A DNA stretch of 64,000 nt from Bacteroidales bacterium (GTDB lineage: Bacteria > Bacteroidota > Bacteroidia > Bacteroidales > UBA932), in assembly GCA_022653675.1 (NCBI GenBank), contig JALCST010000008.1, positions 18,234 through 82,233 on the forward strand, given 5' to 3'. Numbering within the stretch: the stretch's first letter is position 1; every line of letters starts with the position of its first letter. Both the position numbers and the translations under genes were made by a program. This document shows positions 1 to 8,798 of the stretch, in pieces. The notes under the pieces are model-generated. The model was given only the letters and a program-made list of their open reading frames with translations, was not told the origin of the DNA and made no database searches.

Positions 1-2271
1 GCATTTTTTGTCCGTATTCAATGCTGCACGGCGCAGATCGGCATAGGGAACATCCTTGTCGAGCAGCAAAGCGAAATCGCGGCGTACCTCGGGAAACTTA
101 GGCAATTCCTTGAACCTTACCTTGTCGCGTGTTACAAGAGTGAAAAATACATCCCAATTGACTTCGGCAGCGTAGACCGGTTGGCGTATGCCGAAACGCT
201 TCAGAAGCGGCTGGCAAACCTCTCCCATGTTAGCCAAACGCTTGTTCTGAAGCTTGTACTGGACCCCCTCGGAAAAAATGTCCGAAGGCGCGGTCCCCTC
301 CTGCAGGTTGTACAAGTCAACGCCGTAACGTTTCATGAGCAGTTCAAGATACCCCTTCAATACGAAGAAGTCGCTTTTTCCGACGGGATTATGCCAGGAC
401 TTGTCGCTCTCACCAGTCATGAACATGGCCAGGTCCATGTGCTCGTGGTACGAATCAAGGCTCTCCTTTCCCTTCGGATCGTTCGGGTCGAAGCAGTAGA
501 CGTTGCCAAGCTCATAGAGCTTCATATGGTTCAGCTGTCTGTTGATATTGTATGCTATGACTTCCAGGCCTCCGAACAACAGGGTTTGCCTCATCGCGTT
601 CAGGTCGGTGCTCAGCGGATTTACGACCATAACCGAACGTTCGGAAGGATATGTGACGAGTTTGTCGCAATATGCCGCAGGCTGGAGCGAATTGTTCATT
701 ATCTCGTTGAAACCGTTGCCGGTCAACAAGTCGCTAACATGGCTGCGGACCGACTCCTTGTCGGGACTCTCGGAGGTGTTCACCGAAGCGTTCATCCTCT
801 CCGAAAATCCGATGTTGTTGTAGCCGTAAATTCTCAGGACCTCCTCCACCACATCGCATTCGCGATATACGTCGACGCGGTAAGTGGGCACGCTGACTTC
901 ACAGCTGCTCTCATCGCGAGAAAGGATTTCGAAATCCATCCACTTCAGGATATCGACTATGGTATCGGCACCTATCTCCTTGCCCATCAGGTTTTCCATA
1001 CGCTTGAAATCAAGCCTTACCCGCTTGTTGTCTATCCTGACCGGATAAGATTCCTGTATTTTCCCTACTACACTTGCACCTGCATACCGTTCCAAAAGAA
1101 GGGCGGCACGCTTCGCAGCATAAGGGAGTATATGGGGATCCCCTCCGCGCTCGTAGCGGAAAGAGGCGTCGGTTTTAAGCCCGTGGCGTTTCGACGTCTT
1201 CCTTATGCTGACCGGATCGAAATACGCGCTCTCGAGGAAAACCTCGTTGGTGGAATCGGTGACACCGGATTTTTCCCCTCCGAAGACACCTGCGATGCAC
1301 ATCGGTTCGCTTTCGTCGGCTATCACCAGGTCGGAGGACGAGAGTTTGCGTTCCACACCGTCGAGTGTGGTGAAAGATTCGCCTTCGGACGCCCTGCGGA
1401 CGACCACCTTGCGTCCCTTTATCTTCGCTGCATCGAACGCATGCATGGGCTGGCCAATCTCCATCATAACGAAATTGGTGATATCCACAACATTATTAAT
1501 AGGTCTGAGACCTATCGCCAAAAGTTTCTTCTGCATCCATTCTGGAGAGGGCCCTACTTTGACGTTCTTAAGTGTTATGCCCATATAACGTGGAGCTCCG
1601 TCGGGAGCCTTGACTTCCACCGGAATCGCATCCCCGTCCCCTTCGGCGAAATCACTTACGTCGGGAAGTTTCAGATCCCCCTTCAAGTTGTTGCGGCGAA
1701 GGTAAGCATATGCATCGCGCGCGACACCGTAATGGGAAGCCGCATCCACCCGATTTGCGGTCAAATCAATAGTTATGATCTGGTCTTCTGCGAGATGAAG
1801 ATAATCCTTTGCAGGTGTTCCCGGTACTGCGGAATCGTCGAGCACCATTATACCATCGTGCGATGGACCGATTCCTAGTTCATCTTCGGCGCAGATCATG
1901 CCGAAGCTGTCCACTCCGCGTATCCTGCTCTTCTTTATCCTGATCTCTTCCCCGGCCCTGCTGACGAAACGGCTTCCTACGGTAGCCAGGAACACCTTCT
2001 GGCCTGCAGTGACGTTTGGGGCCCCGCAAACCACCTGAAGAAGCTCACCTTTGCCGGCATCCACTTTGGTAACATGAAGATGGTCGCTGTCCGGATGCAT
2101 GGTACACTCCACAACTTTTCCGACGACAACGCCAGCCAGGCCGCCTGGGATTTCTTCCTGTTGCACGAAACTGTCGACCTCCAAACCTATGGAAGTGATG
2201 GCGTCACAGAATTTTTCGGGACTTAAATCAGTTGAAAGATAATCTTTTATCCAATTATATGAGATAACCAT
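1..2271 (-). CDS. pheT: Phenylalanine--tRNA ligase beta subunit (partial; C-terminal ~30 aa lie beyond the window edge)
   Basis: The minus frame is open from ATG at 2271 to position 1. My translation starts MVISYNWIKDYLSTDLSPEKFCDAITSIGLEVDSF...HPDSDHLHVTKVDAGKGELLQVVCGAPNV (tRNA-binding OB domain). At the left edge it reads ...ELPKFPEVRRDFALLLDKDVPYADL (C-terminal FDX-ACB-like region). It is absent from the ORF track because no stop lies in the window. Confidence 0.9.
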   Translation of the reverse strand, partial: MVISYNWIKDYLSTDLSPEKFCDAITSIGLEVDSFVQQEEIPGGLAGVVVGKVVECTMHPDSDHLHVTKVDAGKGELLQVVCGAPNVTAGQKVFLATVGSRFVSRAGEEIRIKKSRIRGVDSFGMICAEDELGIGPSHDGIMVLDDSAVPGTPAKDYLHLAEDQIITIDLTANRVDAASHYGVARDAYAYLRRNNLKGDLKLPDVSDFAEGDGDAIPVEVKAPDGAPRYMGITLKNVKVGPSPEWMQKKLLAIGLRPINNVVDITNFVMMEIGQPMHAFDAAKIKGRKVVVRRASEGESFTTLDGVERKLSSSDLVIADESEPMCIAGVFGGEKSGVTDSTNEVFLESAYFDPVSIRKTSKRHGLKTDASFRYERGGDPHILPYAAKRAALLLERYAGASVVGKIQESYPVRIDNKRVRLDFKRMENLMGKEIGADTIVDILKWMDFEILSRDESSCEVSVPTYRVDVYRECDVVEEVLRIYGYNNIGFSERMNASVNTSESPDKESVRSHVSDLLTGNGFNEIMNNSLQPAAYCDKLVTYPSERSVMVVNPLSTDLNAMRQTLLFGGLEVIAYNINRQLNHMKLYELGNVYCFDPNDPKGKESLDSYHEHMDLAMFMTGESDKSWHNPVGKSDFFVLKGYLELLMKRYGVDLYNLQEGTAPSDIFSEGVQYKLQNKRLANMGEVCQPLLKRFGIRQPVYAAEVNWDVFFTLVTRDKVRFKELPKFPEVRRDFALLLDKDVPYADLRRAALNTDKKC

Positions 2272-2295
2272 AATTTAAAGATTTGTCGTTAATTA

Positions 2296-3201
2296 TCAGA
2301 CGAACAGGGAATCCACGAATTCCTTCTTGTCGAATACCTTCAGATCCTCTATTTTTTCACCTACGCCTATGAACTTTACCGGAATCTTGAATTGGTCGGC
2401 TATTCCTATTACCACTCCGCCCTTGGCAGTACCATCGAGCTTGGTGATCGCCATGGCCGTCACATCCGTCGCCTTTACGAACTCTTTCGCCTGCTGGTAT
2501 GCATTCTGACCCGTTGAACCGTCCAGCACCAGAAGGACTTCGTGCGGAGCATCGGGAATGACCTTCCGCATCACGTTCCTTATCTTGGTAAGTTCGTTCA
2601 TGAGATTGACCTTGTTGTGAAGCCTTCCCGCGGTATCGATAAGAACCACGTCCGCATTCTTCGCCACGGCACTCTTCACCGTATCGTAAGCGACGGAAGC
2701 CGGATCAGAACCCATTCCCTGCTTCACTATGTCCACTCCCGCACGCTCGGCCCAGATATCGAGTTGGTCAACAGCACCGGCACGAAAAGTATCGGCGGCA
2801 CCAAGCACCACCTTCTTGCCCATTCCCTTGAGTTGGGCAGCAAGTTTGCCTATGGTGGTGGTCTTACCGACTCCGTTCACCCCGACAACCATAATCACGT
2901 AAGGTTTCTTTGAAAAATCGAACGGTTCCGCGCATTTGGAACCTTCGACATCCAGAAGCTTGTATATCTCCTCGCCTAGTATCCGGTTCAAGTCGTTCGT
3001 ACCTACATATTTCTCGACCGCTACCCGTTTTTCCAGGGAATCTATGATTCTCAAAGTAGTATCGACCCCTATGTCGCTGGCGATCAAGGCATCCTCTATA
3101 TTATCGAGGACTTCGTCGTCAACCTGGGTTTTCCCCAATACAGCACGTTGGAGCTTTCCGAAAATAGATTCCTTAGTTTTTCCTAATCCAAAAAGTGACA
3201 T
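2296..3201 (-). CDS. ftsY: Signal recognition particle receptor FtsY
   Basis: SRP GTPase motifs [30 protein letters not shown]. It ends 24 nt upstream of the pheT start, so co-transcription is likely. Confidence 0.95.
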   Translation of the reverse strand: MSLFGLGKTKESIFGKLQRAVLGKTQVDDEVLDNIEDALIASDIGVDTTLRIIDSLEKRVAVEKYVGTNDLNRILGEEIYKLLDVEGSKCAEPFDFSKKPYVIMVVGVNGVGKTTTIGKLAAQLKGMGKKVVLGAADTFRAGAVDQLDIWAERAGVDIVKQGMGSDPASVAYDTVKSAVAKNADVVLIDTAGRLHNKVNLMNELTKIRNVMRKVIPDAPHEVLLVLDGSTGQNAYQQAKEFVKATDVTAMAITKLDGTAKGGVVIGIADQFKIPVKFIGVGEKIEDLKVFDKKEFVDSLFV

Positions 3202-3234
3202 CGGTAAATCTTTGTGATTGCAAAGATACCAATT

Positions 3235-5301
3235 TTATTGCTTTTTGTATTCGGCCAGTCCTCTTTCGAGAAACGCTACGAACTCGTTAACGTCGAGTCC
3301 GTAAGCACGCGGAGCGGTAAGGACCTTGCCATCCCTGCCCAAAAGCACGTAGTATGGCTGGGCGTTGACTCCGTATGTCTTGAGGGCATAATACGAATTC
3401 ACCTTTCCCATTGTCTTAAGCACCTTCCCGTTTTCGGTGGTGATCCAGTCCTCTTCTTCGAGTTTGGACTTGTCGTCGCAATACAGGGCACAAACCACAT
3501 AGTCGTTCCTCAAATGCTTCATGACCCTCGAATCGCTGAATACGCGACTCTCCATCTCGCGGCAGTTCATGCATCCTATTCCGGTAAAATCGAGAAAGAT
3601 GGGCTTTCCTACATGTTTTGCGTATGCTTTGGCCTGTTTCAGGTCGAAATATCCCTTCAAACTATGCGGAAGCTTGAGCTTATCGGCATATTTGACAGGA
3701 TAATACGCGGATGACGAATCGGCGGTAGTTGAAACCGCCCCTGCGTTCATCGAATATGTACCCGCTTCCGGAAGCATGTTTTGCAACTCTTCGGTGGATG
3801 GTATGACAAAGTCCTGGGTCTGTATCGGAGGCAGATAACCCGAAAGAGCCTTCAAAGGTGCCCCCCACATTCCGGGAATCATATAGACGACGAAAGTGAA
3901 GTCGAGTATCGCGAGAACGAGTCTGAAAAACGAAATGTGCTCTACAGGTTCGTCGTACTTGAAACGCAACTTGCCGAGAAGGTAGAACCCGAGCAAAGCG
4001 AAGATCACGATCCAGAATGCAAGGTAGATTTCGCGATTCAACAGGCCCCAATGGTAAGTCTGGTCGGCGACCTGAAGGAATTTCATGCCGAGTGCAAGTT
4101 CGACGAAGCCAAGGACCACCTTGAACGTATTCAACCAGCCGCCGGATTTTGGAAGCTTCTTAAGCCAGGAAGGGAACAGTGCCAACAGCGTGAATGGCAG
4201 TGAAAAAGCGATCGAAAAGGCAAGCATCGTTATTATCGGGGTCCAAAACTCCCCGGATGTGCTCTTTATGAGAACGGTCCCTACTATCGGGCCGGTACAT
4301 GAAAATGAGACCAAAACGAGAGTCAGTGCCATGAAGAAAACTCCGCCGAGTCCCGCCCTGCTCGCTTTGCTGTCCGACTTGTTGACCAGTTTTTCCGGCA
4401 TTACGATTTCGAAAGCCCCGAAAAACGAGGCGGCGAAAACCATGAAAACGATGAAGAAGATGATATTGGGTATCCAATTGGTAGCCAACCAATTGAAAAT
4501 ATTGGCCGTTATCGCTTCCCCTCCTATTATCCTCGTGAGAATGATTATGATCGCTATGGGCAGGGTATAAAGAAGCACAATGAAAAGGCCGTACATTGCC
4601 GCACGGAATTTCCCCATTCCGGAATCGCCGTCGCCTTTGATGAAATATGAAACGGTCATAGGCACCATAGGGAACACGCACGGCGTCAGGAGAGCGGCGA
4701 AGCCCCAGATTATTGCTTCCAGGACCAACGCCCAAAGAGAACCGCCCTTTGCTGAGGCATTGGCATCAGGCATGGCCTTTATTGTACCGTTGTCTGAACT
4801 TCCGGCTGCCTTAGTCCAAGTCCCCTTGCCGGCCGCAGCCTTGACATCCACCGTAATGTCCACGTCATCGGGAGGAACGCAGGAATTGTCATTGCAGGAC
4901 ATCCATTCGACGTTGAACATAACATTTGCTTCCTTTGCATGCAGGCGTATGTCCTGGGAGAATTTTGCACTTCCCTCGAAATAGCCGATATCCATTTTAT
5001 AGACGTCATCGTAAACCCTAACCGGGGAATCCTCCATCCTGACGCTGTCCACGAGTTCATAACCAATTCCCTTGCCGAAAGTTATGGACGTAGCATTGGG
5101 GCCTCCGGTTTCATACGGCCCGAAATCGTACATATGGTATCCGGCGTCGATGGTCGCATTGATTTCGATCCGGTAAAGATCACCGTTCAAATGGCTGTAA
5201 CCCGCTTTCCAAGATACCGGATTCACCGGCTGGGCAAAGGCGGCGGTGCCGGCCATCAAACAGGCAACCGAAATGATAAATTTTCTGAATTTATTTCCCA
5301 T
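3235..5301 (-). CDS. dsbD: Thiol:disulfide interchange protein, DsbD-like (N-terminal periplasmic domain + DsbD transmembrane core + C-terminal thioredoxin fold)
   Basis: Signal peptide. SCNDNSCVPP Cys pair in the N-domain. TM cysteines in TPCVFPMVP and FSCTGPIVG. C-terminal thioredoxin-like FTGIGCMNCREME (CxxC). Confidence 0.85.
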   Translation of the reverse strand: MGNKFRKFIISVACLMAGTAAFAQPVNPVSWKAGYSHLNGDLYRIEINATIDAGYHMYDFGPYETGGPNATSITFGKGIGYELVDSVRMEDSPVRVYDDVYKMDIGYFEGSAKFSQDIRLHAKEANVMFNVEWMSCNDNSCVPPDDVDITVDVKAAAGKGTWTKAAGSSDNGTIKAMPDANASAKGGSLWALVLEAIIWGFAALLTPCVFPMVPMTVSYFIKGDGDSGMGKFRAAMYGLFIVLLYTLPIAIIIILTRIIGGEAITANIFNWLATNWIPNIIFFIVFMVFAASFFGAFEIVMPEKLVNKSDSKASRAGLGGVFFMALTLVLVSFSCTGPIVGTVLIKSTSGEFWTPIITMLAFSIAFSLPFTLLALFPSWLKKLPKSGGWLNTFKVVLGFVELALGMKFLQVADQTYHWGLLNREIYLAFWIVIFALLGFYLLGKLRFKYDEPVEHISFFRLVLAILDFTFVVYMIPGMWGAPLKALSGYLPPIQTQDFVIPSTEELQNMLPEAGTYSMNAGAVSTTADSSSAYYPVKYADKLKLPHSLKGYFDLKQAKAYAKHVGKPIFLDFTGIGCMNCREMESRVFSDSRVMKHLRNDYVVCALYCDDKSKLEEEDWITTENGKVLKTMGKVNSYYALKTYGVNAQPYYVLLGRDGKVLTAPRAYGLDVNEFVAFLERGLAEYKKQ

Positions 5302-5389
5302 AAGAGTTTCAATTAATGCTTCAACAAATATCGTTCATTAAGTCGAACTTACAATCATATTTACAATCTCGACGCAATTTACCCTAAAG

Positions 5390-5429
5390 AAAAAAATAAA
5401 AAGGCGGTTGAAATTATATTTCAGCCGCC
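5390..5429 (-). terminator. Rho-independent terminator after the rpmB-rpmG-DUF4295 operon
   Basis: On the minus strand, GGCGGCUGAAA-UAUAA-UUUCAACCGCC (11-bp stem with one mismatch) is followed by UUUUUAUUUUUUU. It sits 27 nt downstream of the 5456 stop. Confidence 0.6.
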
Positions 5430-5455
5430 CCTTTAACCCGTATATAATGAAAAAA

Positions 5456-5611
5456 CTATTTTTTCTCGAAGAAATCCTTGACCTTGTCTGTAGGTACTAT
5501 GCGTTCCGTAAAGATATAGGCGCCTGTGCGCGGTGACTTATCCATACGTATGCATTTGACCACGTTTTTTGCCACGCCTTCGTGCAATGTTGCAACAGCT
5601 TTCTTTGCCAT
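5456..5611 (-). CDS. Small basic protein, DUF4295-like (51 aa), third gene of the rpmB-rpmG operon
   Basis: My translation is MAKKAVATLHEGVAKNVVKCIRMDKSPRTGAYIFTERIVPTDKVKDFFEKK*. ATG at 5611 is 22 nt after the rpmG stop, and a terminator follows. It is below the ORF-track size cutoff. Confidence 0.7.
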   Translation of the reverse strand: MAKKAVATLHEGVAKNVVKCIRMDKSPRTGAYIFTERIVPTDKVKDFFEKK

Positions 5612-5633
5612 GATATATGATCTTTAGAAATTA

Positions 5634-5825
5634 CTATTTGGTTTCACGATGCAAGGTCATCTTGCGAAGATATGGATTATATTTCATAAGTTCCAGACGA
5701 GTTGTCGTATTCTTCTTGTTTTTCGTGGTGATGTAACGGGATATTCCCGGGACACCGCTCTGCTTCTGCTCGGTGCATTCAAGGATAACCTGCACCCGGT
5801 TGCCTTTAGCTTTCTTGTTTGCCAT
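5634..5825 (-). CDS. rpmG: 50S ribosomal protein L33
   Basis: [55 protein letters not shown] is typical bL33. Confidence 0.95.
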   Translation of the reverse strand: MANKKAKGNRVQVILECTEQKQSGVPGISRYITTKNKKNTTTRLELMKYNPYLRKMTLHRETK

Positions 5826-5846
5826 GATTCTTAACTTTTTGGAACG

Positions 5847-6089
5847 TTAGACGATTTTCACATAACCCTTCTTCTGCGCTTCGGCAATCGTTTCCTTAAG
5901 GCCGTGCTTGTAGATGTTCCTCATCCCCTTCACGGAAGTCTTCAAGGTCACGAAGCGTTTCTCATCTTCAAGCCAGAACTTCTTTTCCTTGAGGTTCAGG
6001 TCGAAGGTGCGTGCCGTGTGGTTCTTGGAATGGGAAACGTTTTTCCCTATCTGTGCACGGCGCCCTGTAACTTGACAAATCTTAGACAT
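5847..6089 (-). CDS. rpmB: 50S ribosomal protein L28
   Basis: MSKICQVTGRRAQIGKNVSHSKNHTARTFDLNL is the bL28 signature N-terminus. Confidence 0.95.
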   Translation of the reverse strand: MSKICQVTGRRAQIGKNVSHSKNHTARTFDLNLKEKKFWLEDEKRFVTLKTSVKGMRNIYKHGLKETIAEAQKKGYVKIV

Positions 6090-6162
6090 ATCTTAACTTA
6101 TTATTTATTCAGTTTTTGGGGTTGCAAATATCCCCAAATTAATTTAAACTACCAAATCTTTT

Positions 6163-7506
6163 CTAAACAATTTTGAAAATGCGTTTCCAACGTACGTTGT
6201 TAGGGAAAGACCTGTTTTTATCGATGGAAAACCAAATTACTGCGGGTTTCCCTACGACATGGTCCTCGGGAACAAATCCCCAGTAACGCGAATCGAGGGA
6301 ATTGTGGCGGTTGTCACCCATCATCCAGTAATAATTCATCTTGAAGGTATATGTGGAATCGGGGTTCCCATTGATGTATATCGTATTCCCTTTCATCTCC
6401 AGGCTATTCTTTTCGTATACGCGGATCACACGCTCGTAAATGGGAAGATTGTCCGCGGTAAGGCGTATCGTAGCCCCCTTTTTAGGAATCCAGATCGGTC
6501 CGTAGTTATCTCTCGTCCATCCCTTGTCTACATAAGGAAAAAGGATATCAGGGGAATCCGGATAATCCGGGGGATATACGTCATCATTAGGTGTGATCCG
6601 CTTAACAAGCGGCAAATGAGAAATCTTCTCCCTGCTTGCGCTGTCTAGGTCCATATCGGGATATCCTGGCAGTTCGGGATCGAACCACATTTCATTCTTG
6701 TTCAATCCCATATCCTCGAAAATCATTGGATTGATTGAACTTCCGTCAGTAACGACGGTATAGGTGGTCTGAATCCCCTTGTAATGTTTCTGCGGAATAC
6801 CGTTCACATAAACCTGGCAATGCCGGATTTCGAGCGTATCGCCAGAAATAGCCACGCAACGCTTGATGTAATGATCTTTTTTATCCACCGGGCGGGCTAT
6901 TACCGGTCCATACATCTGTTGGGTATATTTCCTCCCGTTGATCCTGACGTGCGTGTAATAATCTTCGGTAGGAAGCCTTCTCAAAACGGTATCACCGTCA
7001 GGGAAGTTGAAAACAACGTAATCGTCGCGTTTGACGGAGGTCCACCCTTTAAGTCTGCGGTATTTGCTGTGAATCAGCTTGGAATACGATTCCTTATGTG
7101 AAATCGGCAGTGTATTGTGAGTGAACGGGACTGTCAGGGGAGTCTCGGGAACACGGGGACCATAGGCATTCTTTCCGACGAAGAGAAAATCACCTGTCAT
7201 GAAAGTTCTCTCCATGGAAGAGGAGGGTATCTTAAACGCCTGAAAGAAAAATATGTTGATAAAGGTGACGACGATGACCGCGAAAATGATCGCATCGAGC
7301 CAATCATTCCACGTGTCTCTCTTCTGTCCCTGTTTGTAACGCTTCTTCCAGAAATTCCAGTGCACTTTCCTAGTGATGAATATATCGAAAATTACCGCCA
7401 GCCCGAAGAGCCACCAATAATTTCCGAGCCATATCACCCACAAAGTGTAGAGCAACGCCCAGAAAGCGAATTTGACCCACCTGTTACCAAAAAATTCCTT
7501 CAGCAC
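6163..7506 (-). CDS. lepB: Signal peptidase I (long Bacteroidota form), GTG start
   Basis: Catalytic Ser box IPSSSMERTF and box E GDNRHNSLDSRYWGFVPEDHVVGKP. The first codon is GTG, and there is no in-frame ATG before the TM segments. Confidence 0.9.
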   Translation of the reverse strand: MLKEFFGNRWVKFAFWALLYTLWVIWLGNYWWLFGLAVIFDIFITRKVHWNFWKKRYKQGQKRDTWNDWLDAIIFAVIVVTFINIFFFQAFKIPSSSMERTFMTGDFLFVGKNAYGPRVPETPLTVPFTHNTLPISHKESYSKLIHSKYRRLKGWTSVKRDDYVVFNFPDGDTVLRRLPTEDYYTHVRINGRKYTQQMYGPVIARPVDKKDHYIKRCVAISGDTLEIRHCQVYVNGIPQKHYKGIQTTYTVVTDGSSINPMIFEDMGLNKNEMWFDPELPGYPDMDLDSASREKISHLPLVKRITPNDDVYPPDYPDSPDILFPYVDKGWTRDNYGPIWIPKKGATIRLTADNLPIYERVIRVYEKNSLEMKGNTIYINGNPDSTYTFKMNYYWMMGDNRHNSLDSRYWGFVPEDHVVGKPAVIWFSIDKNRSFPNNVRWKRIFKIV

Positions 7507-7525
7507 TACATTCTATTTTACGAAA

Positions 7526-7870
7526 CTACTTGACTGAATTAACTATAGCTTCGAATGCCTGGGGATCGTTCATTGCGAGGTCCGCAAGAACCTTTCGGTT
7601 CAATCCCACATTCTTTGCCGAAAGCTTGCCCATGAACTGGGAGTAGTTCATGCCGTGCTGACGCGCCGCAGCGTTGATACGCTGGATCCATAGTGCGCGG
7701 AAAGCCTGTTTCTTAGCCTTGCGGTCACGATAAGCATAAGTCTGCCCTTTTTCCCACGTATTCTTGGCTACCGTCCAGACATTCTTTCTGGAAAGAAAAT
7801 AACCCTTTGTTTGCTTTAAAATCTTCTTGCGGCGTGCTCTTGACGCAACAGAATTAACTGATCTTGGCAT
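7526..7870 (-). CDS. rplT: 50S ribosomal protein L20
   Basis: [24 protein letters not shown]...[23 protein letters not shown]. Confidence 0.97.
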   Translation of the reverse strand: MPRSVNSVASRARRKKILKQTKGYFLSRKNVWTVAKNTWEKGQTYAYRDRKAKKQAFRALWIQRINAAARQHGMNYSQFMGKLSAKNVGLNRKVLADLAMNDPQAFEAIVNSVK

Positions 7871-7951
7871 AATTTTAATTTTTTTGGGCGTCAGCGCCCT
7901 GAACTCACTTCAGGAACTTCCGGCTGAACGTCCGGTTAAACAATTGATTTG

Positions 7952-8146
7952 TTATTGAAGCAATAATGCTTTGATCCTCTTTTGATCCACCTTGTCGGCG
8001 ATTGAGACATGAGTGAGGTTTCTCTTCTGCTTCTTAGTCTTCTTCGTGAGAATGTGACTCTTGTAAGCATGGTGTCTCTTTACTTTTCCAGTGCCGGTGA
8101 GTGTAAAACGCTTCTTACTACCGGAGTTGGTTTTCATTTTTGACAT
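7952..8146 (-). CDS. rpmI: 50S ribosomal protein L35
   Basis: [36 protein letters not shown]. Confidence 0.97.
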   Translation of the reverse strand: MSKMKTNSGSKKRFTLTGTGKVKRHHAYKSHILTKKTKKQKRNLTHVSIADKVDQKRIKALLLQ

Positions 8147-8187
8147 TTTTCCTTAACTTTTATTGTAACTGTAACTTATCGCGTTAT

Positions 8188-8784
8188 TTACTTTTTCTTA
8201 ATCGGGGCTATCATCATTATCATTCTCTTGCCTTCCAATTTCGGCATAGTTTCCGCCTTTCCAAACTCTTCGAGCTCCATGACAAACCGCAGAAGCAGCT
8301 TTTCGCCCTGATCCGTAAACTGTATGGAACGCCCGCGGAAAAACACATAGGCCTTTACCTTAGCCCCCTCCTGCAAAAAACTCTTCGCATGGTTCAGCTT
8401 GAACTGGAAATCATGTTCATCCGTAGTAGGGCCAAACCTTATCTCCTTGATGACGACCTTGGATGCGTTGGACTTCATCTCCTTGGCCTTCTTCTTCTGC
8501 TGGTATAGAAACTTCTGGTAATCCAGCACTTTGCAAACGGGAGGATTAGCTGCAGAAGCTATCTCGACAAGATCCAATCCGGCTTCCTCGGCCATCGAGA
8601 GCGCCTCTTTCAATGGAAAGACACCCTGCTGGGACACATTGTCACCCACGACACGCACCATTGGTGCGGTGATCTTTTCGTTGATTCTGAATCCGTCATC
8701 CTTTTTCTGCGAAGGACGGAAATAATTGGATTTAACTTTAGGACGCGGTCTTTGCGGTTGCGGCCTGTAATGGGATTTGTCGAT
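8188..8784 (-). CDS. infC: Translation initiation factor IF-3, probable ATC start
   Basis: The IF3 N and C domains are present (EALSMAEEAGLDLVEI...PPVCKVLDYQKFLYQQKKK...IKEIRFGPTTDEHD). The ORF-track Met at 8661 cuts the conserved RINEKITAPMVRVV segment. The in-frame region up to the thrS TAG has no ATG, GTG or TTG, only ATC at 8784. The start position itself has about 0.55 confidence. Confidence 0.9.
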   Translation of the reverse strand: MDKSHYRPQPQRPRPKVKSNYFRPSQKKDDGFRINEKITAPMVRVVGDNVSQQGVFPLKEALSMAEEAGLDLVEIASAANPPVCKVLDYQKFLYQQKKKAKEMKSNASKVVIKEIRFGPTTDEHDFQFKLNHAKSFLQEGAKVKAYVFFRGRSIQFTDQGEKLLLRFVMELEEFGKAETMPKLEGKRMIMMIAPIKKK

Positions 8785-8792
8785 AGTAAGTT

Positions 8793-8798
8793 CCTCCT
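8793..8798 (-). promoter_or_regulatory. Shine-Dalgarno-like AGGAGG 8 nt upstream of the putative infC ATC start
   Basis: The minus strand reads TAGGAGGAACTTACTATC. The TAG is the thrS stop and the ATC is the candidate infC start. Confidence 0.45.

Noticed and set aside
181-1878. 565-aa plus-strand ORF, the longest ORF listed at the left end
   Set aside because: It lies antisense to the pheT frame, which translates into recognisable PheT sequence over the whole span. The 565-aa product has no recognisable motifs and a shadow-ORF composition (Arg/Val/His-rich). The same reasoning rejects 9832-10830 (antisense to thrS), 19253-20044 (antisense to meaB), 22894-24334 (antisense to ftsH) and the other nested ORFs.
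6090-6162. Promoter call upstream of rpmB
   Set aside because: Only a 7-of-8 match (GATATTTG on the minus strand) to TAnnTTTG is present. I did not list it as a feature, although a promoter must exist somewhere here or rpmB is read through from lepB.
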